64,000 nt of DNA from the human T2T-CHM13v2.0 reference genome, Homo sapiens: the NCBI GenBank assembly GCA_009914755.4, contig CP086569.2, positions 12,000,001 to 12,064,000 of the forward strand, in the 5' to 3' direction. Below, piece after piece: positions 1-14,006 of this stretch. Position numbers and translations under genes: made by a program. The first letter of the stretch is position 1. Each line of letters begins with the position of its first letter. The notes under the pieces are model-generated. The model made no database searches, had not been told where the DNA came from, and worked only from the letters and a program-made list of their open reading frames with translations.

Positions 1-250
1 AATCGACTGAAATATAATAGACTCGAAAGGAATGGTCTCGAGCGGAATTTATTTGAATAGAACGGAATCAAATGGAATACAATAGTATGGAATGGAATCG
101 AATGGAATGGAATCGAATGGAATGTAATCAAATGGAATGGAACGGAATTCAATATAATGGAGTAGAATGGAATGCATTGGAAAGGAGCAGAGTGGAATCG
201 AGTGGATTGGAATCGAGTGGAATGGAATCAAAGGGAACAAATCAAATTGA
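1..250 (+). repeat. Partial HOR copy (3' end of a unit truncated by the window start)
   Basis: Matches the last about 250 bp of downstream HOR copies, for example 1379-1628. Confidence 0.8.
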
Positions 251-1628
251 ATGGACTTGAATGGAATTGAGTCAAAAGGAATTGACTCGAAAGGAATGGA
301 CTGGAACAAAAAGGAATCAAATGGACAGGAATGGAATGGAATGGACTCGAATGGAATGGAGTCAAATGCAAACGCATCGAATGGAGTGGATTCAAATGGA
401 ATGCAATTGAATGGAATAGAAAGGAAGAGAATGGAATTGAGAGTAATGGAAAGATATCGATTGGAATGAAATGGAATGGAAAGGAAATGAATGGAAAGGA
501 AAGGACTCGAAAGAAATGGGTTGGAATGGAATGGTCTCCAATGGAATGGACTGGAGTGGAATGGAATCGAATGGAATGAAAAGAATGGAACGGAATGGAA
601 CGGAAAGGAATAGAATGTTATGGAATCCGATTGGACAGAATGGAATGGAATGCAGTTTCATGAAATGGAGTCGAAGAGAGTGGCATCAAAAGGAATGGAA
701 TGGAGTGGACTCAAAAGGAATGGACTCGAAAGGAATGGAGTCGAACAAAATTGAATCAAATGGATTGGAGTCGAACAGAATGGAATGGAATGGAATGAAC
801 TCGACTGGAGTAGAGAGGAATGAAAAGGAATAGAATGGAATGTAATCAAATGGATTGGAAGTGAATGGAATCAAAAATAATAGAAAGGAATAGAGTGTAA
901 AAGGATGATATTGAATTAAATGGAATGGAATGGAATTTAATGGAATGGAGTCGAAGGAATGGACAGGAATGTAATGGACTCCAATGGAATGGAATGGATC
1001 AAAATGGATTTGAACAGATTGGAATAGAACGGAATGGAATGCAATGAAATGGAATGGACTCGATCAGAACGGACTGGAGAGTAATGTACACAAATGGAAT
1101 GGAAACGAATGGAATGGAATGAAATGGAATGGAATGCAATGGAATTGAAAGGAACGGAATCAAATGGAATGGAATGGAATGGAATGGAATGGATTGGAAT
1201 AGAATGGATTCAAATAAAATAGAATCGATTGCAATGGTATTGAATGGAAGGGACTTGAATGGAATGGAAAGCAATGGAAGATATTGGAATTGAATGGCAT
1301 CGAATGAAATGGAATGGAACAGAATGGAACGGACCCGAATGGAATGGAATGGACTCAAATGTAATGGACTCGAATGGAATCGAATGAAATATAATAGACT
1401 CGAAAGGAATGGCCTCGAGCGGAATTTATTTGAATAGAATGGAATCAAATGGAATACAATAGTATGGAATGGAATCGAATGGAATGGAATCGAATGGAAT
1501 GTAATCAAATGGAATGGAACGGAATTCAATATAATGGAGTAGAATGGAATGCATTGGAAAGGAGCAGAGTGGAATCGAGTGGATTGGAATCGAGTGGAAT
1601 GGAATCAAAGGGAACGAAATCGAATTGA
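251..1628 (+). repeat. HOR copy 1, 1378 bp
   Basis: Anchor motif ATGGACTTGAATGGAATTGAG at 251 to the next anchor at 1629. EcoRI GAATTC at 1522. Five GGAAT units in the internal pure-pentamer run near 1165-1190. Confidence 0.8.
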
Positions 1629-3000
1629 ATGGACTTGAATGGAATTGAGTCGAAAGGAATTGACTCGAAAGGAATGGACTGGAACAAAAAGGAATCAAAT
1701 GGACAGGAATGGAATGGAATGGACTCGAATGGAATGGAGTCAAATGCAAACGCATCGAATGGAATGGATTCAAATGGAATGCAATTGAATGGAATAGAAA
1801 GGAAGAGAATGGAATTGAGAGTAATGGAAAGATATCGATTGGAATGAAATGGAATGGAAAGGAATTGAATGGAAAGGAATGGACTCGAAAGAAATGGGTT
1901 GGAATGGAATGGTCTCCAATGGAATGGACTGGAGTGGAATGGAATCGAATGGAATGAAAAGAATGGAACGGAATGGAACGGAAAGGAATAGAATGTTATG
2001 GAATCCGATTGGACAGAATGGAATGGAATGCAGTTTCATGAAATGGAGTCAAATAGAGTGGCATCAAAAGGAATGGAATGGAGTGGACTCAAGAGGAATG
2101 GACTCGAAAGGAATGGAGTCGAACCAAATTGAATCAAATGGATTGGAGTCGAACAGAATGGAATGGAATGGAATGAACTCGACTGGAGTAGAGAGGAATG
2201 AAAAGGAATAGAATGGAATGTAATCAAATGGATTGCAAGTGAATGGAATCAAAAATAATAGAAAGGAATGGAGTGTAAAGGGATGATATTGAATTAAATG
2301 GAATGGAATGGAATTTAATGGAATGGAGTCGAAGGAATGGACAGGAATGTAATGGACTCCAATGGAATGGAATGGATCAAAATGGATTTGAACAGATTGG
2401 AGTCGAACGGAATGGAATGCAATGAAATGGAATGGACTCGATCAGAATGGACTGGAGAGGAATGTAAACAAATGGAATGGAAACGAATGGAATGGAATGA
2501 AATGGAATGGAATGCAATGGAATTGAAAGGAACGGAATCAAATGGAATGGAATGGAATGGAATGGATTGGAATAGAATGGATTCAAATAAAATAGAATCG
2601 ATTGCAATGGTATTGAATGGAAGGGACTTGAATGGAATGGAAAGCAATGGAAGATATTGGAATCGAATGGCATCGAATGAAATGGAATGGAACGGAATGG
2701 AACGGACCCGAATAGAATGGAATGGACTCAAATGTAATGGACTCGAATGGAATCGACTGAAATATAATAGACTCGAAAGGAATGGTCTCGAGCGGAATTT
2801 ATTTGAATAGAACGGAATCAAATGGAATACAATAGTGTGGAATGGAATCGAATGGAATGGAATCGAATGGAATGTAATCAAATGGAATGGAACGGAATTC
2901 AATATAATGGAGTAGAATGGAATGCATTGGAAAGGAGCAGAGTGGAATCGAGTGGATTGGAATCGAGTGGAATGGAATCAAAGGGAACAAATCAAATTGA
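1629..3000 (+). repeat. HOR copy 2, 1372 bp
   Basis: Anchor-to-anchor. Four-unit pentamer run near 2541-2560. EcoRI at 2895. Confidence 0.8.
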
Positions 3001-4376
3001 ATGGACTTGAATGGAATTGAGTCGAAAGGAATTGACTCGAAAGGAATGGACTGGAACAAAAAGGAATCAAATGGACAGGAATGGAATGGAATGGACTCGA
3101 ATGGAATGGAGTCAAATGCAAACGCATCCAATGGAATGGATTCAAATGGAATGCAATTGAATGGAATAGAAAGGAAGAGAATGGAATTGAGAGTAATGGA
3201 AAGATATCGATTGGAATGAAATGGAATGGAAAGGAATTGAATGGAAAGGAAAGGACTCGAAAGAAATTGGTTGGAATGGAATGGTCTCCAATGGAATGGA
3301 CTGGAGTGGAATGGAATCGAATGGAATGAAAAGAATGGAACGGAATGGAACGGAAAGGAATAGAATGTTATGGAATCCGATTGGACAGAATGGAATGGAA
3401 TGCAGTTTCATGAAATGCAGTCGAATAGAGTGGCATCAAAAGGAATGGAATGAAATGGAGTGGACTCAAAAGGAATGGACTCGAAAGAATGGAGTCGAAC
3501 CAAATTGAATCAAATGGATTGGAGTCGAACAGAATGGAATGGAATGGAATGAACTCGACTGGATTAGAGAGGAATGAAAAGGAATAGAATGGAATGTAAT
3601 CAAATGGATTGGAAGTGAATGGAATCAAAAATAATAGAAAGGAATGGAGTGTAAAGGGATGATATTGAATTAAATGGAATGGAATGGAATTTAATGGAAT
3701 GGAGTCAAAGGAATGGACAGGAATGTAATGGACTCCAATGTAATGGAATGGAACAAAATGGATTTGAACAGATTGGAGTCGAACGGAATGGAATGCAATG
3801 AAATGGAATGGACTCGATCAGAACGGACTGGAGAGGAATGTAAACAAATGGAATGGAAACGAATGGAATGGAATGAAATGGAATGGAATGCAATGGAATT
3901 GAAAGGAACGGAATCAAATGGAATGGAATGGAATGGAATGGATTGGAATAGAATGGATTCAAATAAAATAGAATCGATTGCAATGGTATTGAATGGAAGG
4001 GACTTGAATGGAATGGAAAGCAATGGAAGATATTGGAATCGAATGGCATCGAATGAAATGGAATGGAACGGAATGGAACGGACCCGAATAGAATGGAATG
4101 GACTCAAATGTAATGGACTCGAATGGAATCGACTGAAATATAATAGACTCGAAAGGAATGGTCTCGAGCGGAATTTATTTGAATAGAACGGAATCAAATG
4201 GAATACAATAGTATGGAATGGAATCGAATGGAATGGAATCGAATGGAATGTAATCAAATGGAATGGAACGGAATTCAATATAATGGAGTAGAATGGAATG
4301 CATTGGAAAGGAGCAGAGTGGAATCGAGTGGATTGGAATCGAGTGGAATGGAATCAAAGGGAACAAATCAAATTGA
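3001..4376 (+). repeat. HOR copy 3, 1376 bp
   Basis: Anchor-to-anchor. EcoRI at 4271. Confidence 0.8.
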
Positions 4377-5754
4377 ATGGACTTGAATGGAATTGAGTCA
4401 AAAGGAATTGACTCGAAAGGAATGGACTGGAACAAAAAGGAATCAAATGGACAGGAATGGAATGGAATGGACTCGAATGGAATGGAGTCAAATGCAAACG
4501 CATCCAATGGAATGGATTCAAATGGAATGCAATTGAATGGAATAGAAAGGAAGAGAATGGAATTGAGAGTAATGGAAAGATATCGATTGGAATGAAATGG
4601 AATGGAAAGGAAATGAATGGAAAGGAAAGGACTCGAAAGAAATGGGTTGGAATGGAATGGTCTCCAATGGAATGGACTGGAGTGGAATGGAATCGAATGG
4701 AATGAAAAGAATGGAACGGAATGGAACGGAAAGGAATAGAATGTTATGGAATCCGATTGGACAGAATGGAATGGAATGCAGTTTCATGAAATGGAGTCGA
4801 ATAGAGAGGCATCAAAAGGAATGGAATGGAGTGGACTCAAAAGGAATGGACTCGAAAGGAATGGAGTCGAACAAAATTGAATCAAATGGATTGGAGTCGA
4901 ACAGAATGGAATGGAATGGAATGAACTCGACTGGAGTAGAGAGGAATGAAAAGGAATAGAATGGAATGTAATCAAATGGATTGGAAGTGAATGGAATCAA
5001 AAATAATAGAAAGGAATAGAGTGTAAAAGGATGATATTGAATTAAATGGAATGGAATGGAATTTAATGGAATGGAGTCGAAGGAATGGACAGGAATGTAA
5101 TGGACTCCAATGGAATGGAATGGAACAAAATGGATTTGAACAGATTGGAATAGAACGGAATGGAATGCAATGAAATGGAATGGACTCGATCAGAATGGAC
5201 TGGAGAGTAATGTACACAAATGGAATGGAAACGAATGGAATGGAATGAAGTGGAATGGAATGCAATGGAATTGAAAGGAACGGAATCAAATGGAATGGAA
5301 TGGAATGGAATGGAATGGATTGGAATAGAATGGATTCAAATAAAATAGAATCGATTGCAATGGTATTGAATGGAAGGGACTTGAATGGAATGGAAAGCAA
5401 TGGAAGATATTGGAATTGAATGGCATCGAATGAAATGGAATGGAACAGAATGGAACGGACCCGAATGGAATGGAATGGACTCAAATGTAATGGACTCGAA
5501 TGGAATCGAATGAAATATAATAGACTCGAAAGGAATGGCCTCGAGCGGAATTTATTTGAATAGAATGGAATCAAATGGAATACAATAGTATGGAATGGAA
5601 TCGAATGGAATGGAATCGAATGGAATGTAATCAAATGGAATGGAACGGAATTCAATATAATGGAGTAGAATGGAATGCATTGGAAAGGAGCAGAGTGGAA
5701 TCGAGTGGATTGGAATCGAGTGGAATGGAATCAAAGGGAACGAAATCGAATTGA
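4377..5754 (+). repeat. HOR copy 4, 1378 bp
   Basis: Anchor-to-anchor. Confidence 0.8.
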
Positions 5755-7132
5755 ATGGACTTGAATGGAATTGAGTCGAAAGGAATTGACTCGAAAGGAA
5801 TGGACTGGAACAAAAAGGAATCAAATGGACAGGAATGGAATGGAATGGACTCGAATGGAATGGAGTCAAATGCAAACGCATCGAATGGAATGGATTCAAA
5901 TGGAATGCAATTGAATGGAATAGAAAGGAAGAGAATGGAATTGAGAGTAATGGAAAGATATCGATTGGAATGAAATGGAATGGAAAGGAATTGAATGGAA
6001 AGGAATGGACTCGAAAGAAATGGGTTGGAATGGAATGGTCTCCAATGGAATGGACTGGAGTGGAATGGAATCGAATGGAATGAAAAGAATGGAACGGAAT
6101 GGAACGGAAAGGAATAGAATGTTATGGAATCCGATTGGACAGAATGGAATGGAATGCAGTTTCATGAAATGGAGTCAAATAGAGTGGCATCAAAAGGAAT
6201 GAAATGGAGTGGACTCAAGAGGAATGGACTCGAAAGGAATGGAGTCGAACCAAATTGAATCAAATGGATTGGAGTCGAACAGAATGGAATGGAATGGAAT
6301 GAACGCGACTGGAGTAGAGAGGAATGAAAAGGAATAGAATGGAATGTAATCAAATGGATTGCAAGTGAATGGAATCAAAAATAATAGAAAGGAATGGACT
6401 GTAAAGGGATGATATTGAATTAAATGGAATGGAATGGAATTTAATGGAATGGAGTCGAAGGAATGGACAGGAATGTAATGGACTCCAATGGAATAGAATG
6501 GATCAAAATGGATTTGAACAGATTGGAATCGAACGGAATGGAATGCAATGAAATGGAATGGACTCGATCAGAATGGACTGGAGAGTAATGTACACAAATG
6601 GAATGGAAACGAATGGAATGGAATGAAGTGGAATGGAATGCAATGGAATTGAAAGGAACGGAATCAAATGGAATGGAATGGAATGGAATGGAATGGATTG
6701 GAATAGAATGGATTCAAATAAAATAGAATCGATTGCAATGGTATTGAATGGAAGGGACTTGAATGGAATGGAAAGCAATGGAAGATATTGGAATTGAATG
6801 GCATCGAATGAAATGGAATGGAACAGAATGGAACGGACCCGAATGGAATGGAATGGACTCAAATGTAATGGACTCGAATGGAATCGAATGAAATATAATA
6901 GACTCGAAAGGAATGGCCTCGATTGGAATTTATTTGAATAGAATGGAATCAAATGGAATACAATAGTATGGAATGGAATCGAATGGAATGGAATCGAATG
7001 GAATGTAATCAAATGGAATGGAACGGAATTCAATATAATGGAGTAGAATGGAATGCATTGGAAAGGAGCAGAGTGGAATCGAGTGGATTGGAATCGAGTG
7101 GAATGGAATCAAAGGGAATGAAATCGAATTGA
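5755..7132 (+). repeat. HOR copy 5, 1378 bp (first unit of the duplicated six-HOR block)
   Basis: Anchor-to-anchor. Near-identical to 14007-15384. Confidence 0.8.
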
Positions 7133-8504
7133 ATGGACTTGAATGGAATTGAGTCGAAAGGAATTGACTCGAAAGGAATGGACTGGAACAAAAAGGAATC
7201 AAATGGACAGGAATGGAATGGAATGGACTCGAATGGAATGGAGTCAAATGCAAACGCATCGAATGGAATGGATTCAAATGGAATGCAATTGAATGGAATA
7301 GAAAGGAAGAGAATGGAATTGAGAGTAATGGAAAGATATCGATTGGAATGAAATGGAATGGAAAGGAATTGAATGGAAAGGAATGGACTCGAAAGAAATG
7401 GATTGGAATGGAATGGTCTCCAATGGAATGGACTGGAGTGGAATGGAATCGAATGGAAAGAAAAGAATGGAACGGAATGGAACGGAAAGGAATAGAATGT
7501 TATGGAATCCGATTGGAGAGAATGGAATGGAATGCAGTTTCATGAAATGGAGTCGAATAGAGTGGCATCAAAAGGAATGGAATGGAGTGGACTCAAAAGG
7601 AATAGACTCGAAAGGAATGGAGTCGAACAAAATTGAATCAAAAGGATTGGAGTCGAACAGAATGGAATGGAATGGAATGAACTCGACTGGAGTAGAGAGG
7701 AATGAAAAGGAATAGAATGGAATGTAATCAAATGGATTGCAAGTGAATGGAATCAAAAATAATAGAAAGGAATGGAGTGTAAAGGGATGATATTGAATTA
7801 AATGGAATGGAATGGAATTTAATGGAATGGAGTCGAAGGAATGGACAGGAATGTAATGGACTCCAATGGAATAGAATGGATCAAAATGGATTTGAACAGA
7901 TTGGAATCGAACGGAATGGAATGCAATGAAATGGAATGGACTCGATCAGAACGGACTGGAGAGGAATGTACACAAATGGAATGGAAACGAAAGGAATGGA
8001 ATGAAAGGGAATAGAATGCAATGTAATTGAAAGGAACGGAATCAAATGGAATGGAATGGAATGGAATGGATTGGAATAGAATGGATTCAAATAAATAGAA
8101 TCGATTGCAATGGTATTGAATGGAAGGGACTTGAATGGAATGGAAAGCAATGGAAGATATTGGAATCGAATGGCATCAAATGAAATGGAATGGAACGGAA
8201 TGGAACGGACCCGAATGGAATGGAATGGACTCAAATGTAATGGACTCGAATGGAATCAACTGAAATATAATAGACTCGAAAGGAATGGCCTCGAGCGGAA
8301 TTTATTTGAATAGAATGGAATCAAATGGAATACAATAGTATGGAATGGAATCAAATGGAATGGAATCGAATGGAATGTAATCAAATGGAATGGAACGGAA
8401 TTCAATATAATGGAGTAGAATGGAATGCATTGGAAAGGAGCAGAGTGGAATCGAGTGGATTGGAATCGAGTGGAATGGAATCAAAGGGAACGAAATCGAA
8501 TTGA
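7133..8504 (+). repeat. HOR copy 6, 1372 bp
   Basis: Anchor-to-anchor. Near-identical to 15385-16756. Confidence 0.8.
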
Positions 8505-9887
8505 ATGGACTTGAATGGAATTGAGTCGAAAGGAATTGACTCGAAAGGAATGGACTGGAACAAAAAGGAATCAAATGGACAGGAATGGAATGGAATGGAC
8601 TCGAATGGAATGTAGTCAAATGCAAACGCATCGAATGGAATGGATTCAAATGGAATGCAATTGAATGGAATAGAAAGGAAGAGAATGGAATTGAGAGTAA
8701 TGGAAAGATATCGATTGGAATGAAATGGAATGGAAAGGAATTGAATGGAAAGGAATGGACTCGAAAGAAATGGGTTGGAATGGAATGGTCTCCAATGGAA
8801 TGGACTGGAGTGGAATGGAATCGAATGGAATGAAAAGAATGGAACGGAATGGAACGGAAAGGAATAGAATGTTATGGAATCCGATTGGACAGAATGGAAT
8901 GGAATGCAGTTTCATGAAATGGAGTCAAATAGGGTGGCATCAAAAGGAATGGAATGGAGTGGACTCAAGAGGAATGGACTCGAAAGGAATGGAGTCGAAC
9001 CAAATTGAATCAAATGGATTGGAGTCGAACAGAATGGAATGGAATGGAATGAACTCGACTGGAGTAGAGAGGAATGAAAAGGAATAGAATGGAATGTAAT
9101 CAAATGGATTGCAAGTGAATGGAATCAAAAATAATAGAAAGGAATGGAGTGTAAAGGGATGATATTGAATTAAATGGAATGGAATGGAATTTAATGGAAT
9201 GGAGTCGAAGGAATGGACAGGAATGTAATGGACTCCAATGGAATGGAATGGATGAAAATGGATTAGAACAGATTGGAATAGAACGGAATGGAATGCCATG
9301 AAATGGAATGGACTCGATCAGAATGGACTGGAGAGGAATGTACACAAATGGAATGGAAACGTATGGAATGCAATGAAATGGAATGGAATGCAATGGAATT
9401 GAAAGGAACGGAATCAAATGGAATGGAATGGAATGGCATGGAATGGAATGGATTGGAATAGAATGGATTCAAATAAAATAGAATCGATTGCAATGGTATT
9501 GAATGGAAGGGACTTGAATGGAATGGAAAGCAATGGAAGATATTGGAATCGAATGGCATCGCATGAAATGGAATGGAACGGAATGGAACGGACCCGAATG
9601 GAATGGAATGGACTCAAATGTAATGGACTCGAATGGAATCGACTGAAATATAATAGACTCGAAAAGAATGGCCTCGAGCGGAATTTATTTGAATATAATA
9701 GAATGAAATGGAATACAATAGTATGGAATGGAATCGAATGGAATGGAATCGAATGGAATGTAATCAAATGGAATGGAACGGAATTCAATATAATGGAGTA
9801 GAATGGAATGCATTGGAAAGGAGCAGAGTGGAATCGAGTGTATTGGAATCGAGTGGAATGGAATCAAAGGGAACAAAATCAAATTGA
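8505..9887 (+). repeat. HOR copy 7, 1383 bp
   Basis: Anchor ATG at 8505. Six-unit pentamer run near 9421-9450. Near-identical to 16757-18139. Confidence 0.8.
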
Positions 9888-11260
9888 ATGGACTTGAATG
9901 GAATTGAGTCGAAAGGAATTGACTCGAAAGGAATGGACTGGAACAAAAAGGAATCAAATGGACAGGAATGGAATGGAATGGACTCGAACGGAATGGAGTC
10001 AAATGCAAACGCATCGAATGGAATGGATTCAAATGGAATGCAATTGAATGGAATAGAAAGGAAGAGAATGGAATTGAGAGTAATGGAAAGATATCGATTG
10101 GAATGAAATGGAATGGAAAGGAATTGAATGGAAAGGAATGGACTCGAAAGAAATGGGTTGGAATGGAATGGTCTCCAATGGAATGGACTGGAGTGGAATG
10201 GAATCGAATGGAATGAAAAGAATGGAACGGAATGGAACGGAAAGGAATAGAATGTTATGGAATCCGATTGGACAGAATGGAATGGAATGCAGTTTCATGA
10301 AATGGAGTCAAATAGAGTGGCAACAAAAGGAATGGAATGGAGTGGACTCAAGAGGAATGGACTCGGAAGGATTGGAGTCGAACCAAATTGAATCAAATGG
10401 ATTGGAGTCGAACAGAATGGAATGGAATGGAATGAACTCGACTGGAGTAGAGAGGAATGAAAAGGAATAGAATGGAATGTAATCAAATGGATTACAAGTG
10501 AATGGAATCAAAAATAATAGAAAGGAATGGAGTGTAAAGGGATGATATTGAATTAAATGGAATGGAATGGAATTTAATGGAATGGAGTCGAAGGAATGGA
10601 CAGGAATGTAATGGACTCCAATGGAATGGAATGGATGAAAATGGATTAGAACAGATTGGAATAGAACGGAATGGAATGCCATGAAATGGAATGGACTCGA
10701 TCAGAACGGACTGGAGAGGAATGTACACAAATGGAATGGAAACGAATGGAATGCAATGAAATGGAATGCAATGCAATGGAATTGAAAGGAACGGAATCAA
10801 ATGGAATGGAATGGAATGGAATGGATTGGAATAGAATGGATTCAAATAAAATAGAATCGATTGCAATGGTATTGAATGGAAGGGACTTGAATGGAATGGA
10901 AAGCAATGGAAGATATTGGAATCGAATGGCATTGAATGAAATGGAATGGAACGGAATGGAACGGACCCGAATGGTATGGAATGGACTCAAATGTAATGGA
11001 CTCGAATGGAATCGACTGAAATATAATAGACTCGAAAGGAATGGCCTCGAGCGGAATTTATTTGAATAGAATGGAATCAAATGGAATACAATAGTATAGA
11101 ATGGAATCAAATGGAATGGAATCGAATGGAATGTAATCAAATGGAATGGAACGGAATTCAATATAATGGAGTAGAATGGAATGCATTGGAAAGGAGCAGA
11201 GTGGAATCGAGTGGATTGGAATCGAGTGGAATGGAATCAAAGGGAACGAAATCGAATTGA
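9888..11260 (+). repeat. HOR copy 8, 1373 bp
   Basis: Anchor-to-anchor. Equals 18140-19512. Confidence 0.8.
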
Positions 11261-12633
11261 ATGGACTTGAATGGAATTGAGTCGAAAGGAATTGACTTGA
11301 AAGGAATGGACTGGAACAAAAAGGAATCAAATGGACAGGAATGGAATGGAATGGACTCGAATGGAATGGAGTCAAATGCAAACGCATCGAATGGAATGGA
11401 TTCAAATGGAATGCAATTGAATGGAATAGAAAGGAAGAGAATGGAATTGAGAGTAATGGAAAGATATCGATTGGAATGAAATGGAATGGAAAGGAATTGA
11501 ATGGAAAGGAATGGACTCGAAAGAAATGGATTGGAATGGAATGGTCTCCAATGGAATGGACTGGAGTGGAATGCAATCGAATGGAAAGAAAAGAATGGAA
11601 CGGAATGGAATGGAAAGGAATAGAATGTTATGGAATCCGATTGAACAGAATGGAATGGAATGCAGTTTCATGAAATGGAGTCGAATAGTGTGGCATGAAA
11701 AAAAATGGAATGGAGTGGACTCAAAAGGAATGGACTCGAAAGGAATGGAGTCGAACCAAATTGAATCAAATGGATTGGAGTCGAACAGAATGGAATGGAA
11801 TGGAATGAACTCGACTGGAGTAGAGAGGAATGAAAAGGAATAGAATGGAATGTAATCAAATGGATTGCAAGTGAATGGAATCAAAAATAATAGAAAGGAA
11901 TGGAGTGTAAAGGGATGATACTGAATTAAATGGAATAGAATGGAATTTAATGGAATGGAGTCGAAGGAATGGACAGGAATGTAATGGACTCCAATGGAAT
12001 GGAATGGATCAAAATGGATTTGAACTGATTGGAATCGAACGGAATGGAATGCAGTGAAATGGAATGGACTCGATCAGAACGGACTGGAGAGGAATGTACA
12101 CAAATGGAATGGAAACGAATGGAATGGAATGAAATGGAATGGAATGCAATGGAATTGAAAGGAACGGAATCAAATGGAATGGAATGGAATGGAATGGATT
12201 GGAATAGAATGGATTCAAATAAAATAGAATCGATTGCAATGGTATTGAATGGAAGGGACTTGAATGGAATGGAAAGCAATGGAAGATATTGGAAACGAAT
12301 GGCATCGAATGAAATGGAATGGAACGGAATGGAACGGACCCGAATGGAATGGAATGGACTCAAATGTAATGGACTCGAATGGAATCGACTGAAATATAAT
12401 AGACTCGAAAGGAATGGCCTCGAGCGGAATTTATTTGAATAGAATGGAATCAAATGGAATACAATAGTATAAAATGGAATCGAATGGAATGGAATCGAAT
12501 GGAATGTAATCAAACGGAATGGAACGGAATTCAATATAATGGAGTAGAATGGAATGCATTGGAAAGGAGCAGAGTGGAATCGAGTGGATTGGAATCGAGT
12601 GGAATGGAATCAAAGGGAACGAAATCGAATTGA
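11261..12633 (+). repeat. HOR copy 9, 1373 bp
   Basis: Anchor-to-anchor. Equals 19513-20885. Confidence 0.8.
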
Positions 12634-14006
12634 ATGGACTTGAATGGAATTGAGTCGAAAGGAATTGACTCGAAAGGAATGGACTGGAAGAAAAAGGAAT
12701 CAAATGGACAGGAGTGGAATGGAATGGACTCGAACGGAATGGAGTCAAATGGAAACGCATCGAATGGAATGGATTCAAATGGAATGCAATTGAATGGAAT
12801 AGAAAGGAAGAGAATGGAATTGAGAGTAATGGAAAGATATCGATTGGAATGAAATGGAATGGAAAGGAATTGAATGGAAAGGAATGGACTCGAAAGAAAT
12901 GGATTGGAATGCAATGGTCTCCAATGGAATGGACTGGAGTGGAATGGAAACGAATGGAATGAAAAGAATGGAACGGAATGGAACGGAAAGGAATAGAATG
13001 TTATGGAATCCGATTGGACAGAATGGAATGGAATGGAGTTTCATGAAATGGAGTGGAATAGAGTGGCATCAAAAGGAATGGAATGGAGTGGACTCAAAAG
13101 GAATGGACTCGAAAGGAATGGAGTCGAACCAAATTGAATCAAATGGATTGGAGTCGAACAGAATGGAATGGAATGGAATGAACTCGACTGGAGTAGAGAG
13201 GAATGAAAAGGAATAGAATGGAATGTAATCAAATGGATTGCAAATGAATGGAATCAAAAATAATAGAAAGGAATGGAGTGTAAAGGGATGATATTGAATT
13301 AAATGGAATGGAATGGAATTTAATGGAATGGAGTCGAAGGAATGGACAGGAATGTAATGGACTCCTATGGAATAGAATGGATCAAAATGGATTTGAACAG
13401 ATTGGAATCGAACGGAATGGAATGCAATGAAATGGAATGGACTCGATCAGAACGGACTGGAGAGTAATGTACACAAATGGAATGGAAACGAAAGGAATGC
13501 AATGAAAAGGAATGGAATGCAATGGAATTGAAAGGAACGGAATCAAATGGAATGGAATGGAATGGAATGGATTGGAATAGAATGGATTCAAATAAAATAG
13601 AATCGATTGCAATGGTATTGAATGGAAGGGACTTGAATGGAATGGAAAGCAATGGAAGATATTGGAATCGAATGGCATCGAATGAAATGGAATGGAACGG
13701 AATGGAACGGACCCGAATGGTATGGAATGGACTCAAATGTAATGGACTCGAATGGAATCGACTGAAATATAATAGACTCGAAAGGAATGGCCTCGAGCGG
13801 AATTTATTTGAATAGAATGGAATCAAATGGAATACAATAGTATAGAATGGAATCAAATGGAATGGAATCGAATGGAATGTAATCAAATGGAATGGAACGG
13901 AATTCAATATAATGGAGTAGAATGGAATGCATTGGAAAGGAGCAGAGTGGAATCGAGTGGATTGGAATCGAGTGGAATGGAATCAAAGGGAACGAAATCG
14001 AATTGA
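12634..14006 (+). repeat. HOR copy 10, 1373 bp
   Basis: Anchor-to-anchor. Equals 20886-22258. Confidence 0.8.

Larger units (their letters stand above)
5755..14006 (+). repeat. Six-HOR super-repeat, copy A (8252 bp)
   Basis: Every landmark in 5.6-14.2 kb recurs at +8252 bp with identical translated ORFs. Examples: 6503..7033 = 14755..15285, 8940..9299 = 17192..17551, 11947..12534 = 20199..20786. Only 2-3 point differences were seen, for example c/a at 9437 vs 17689. Confidence 0.85.
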
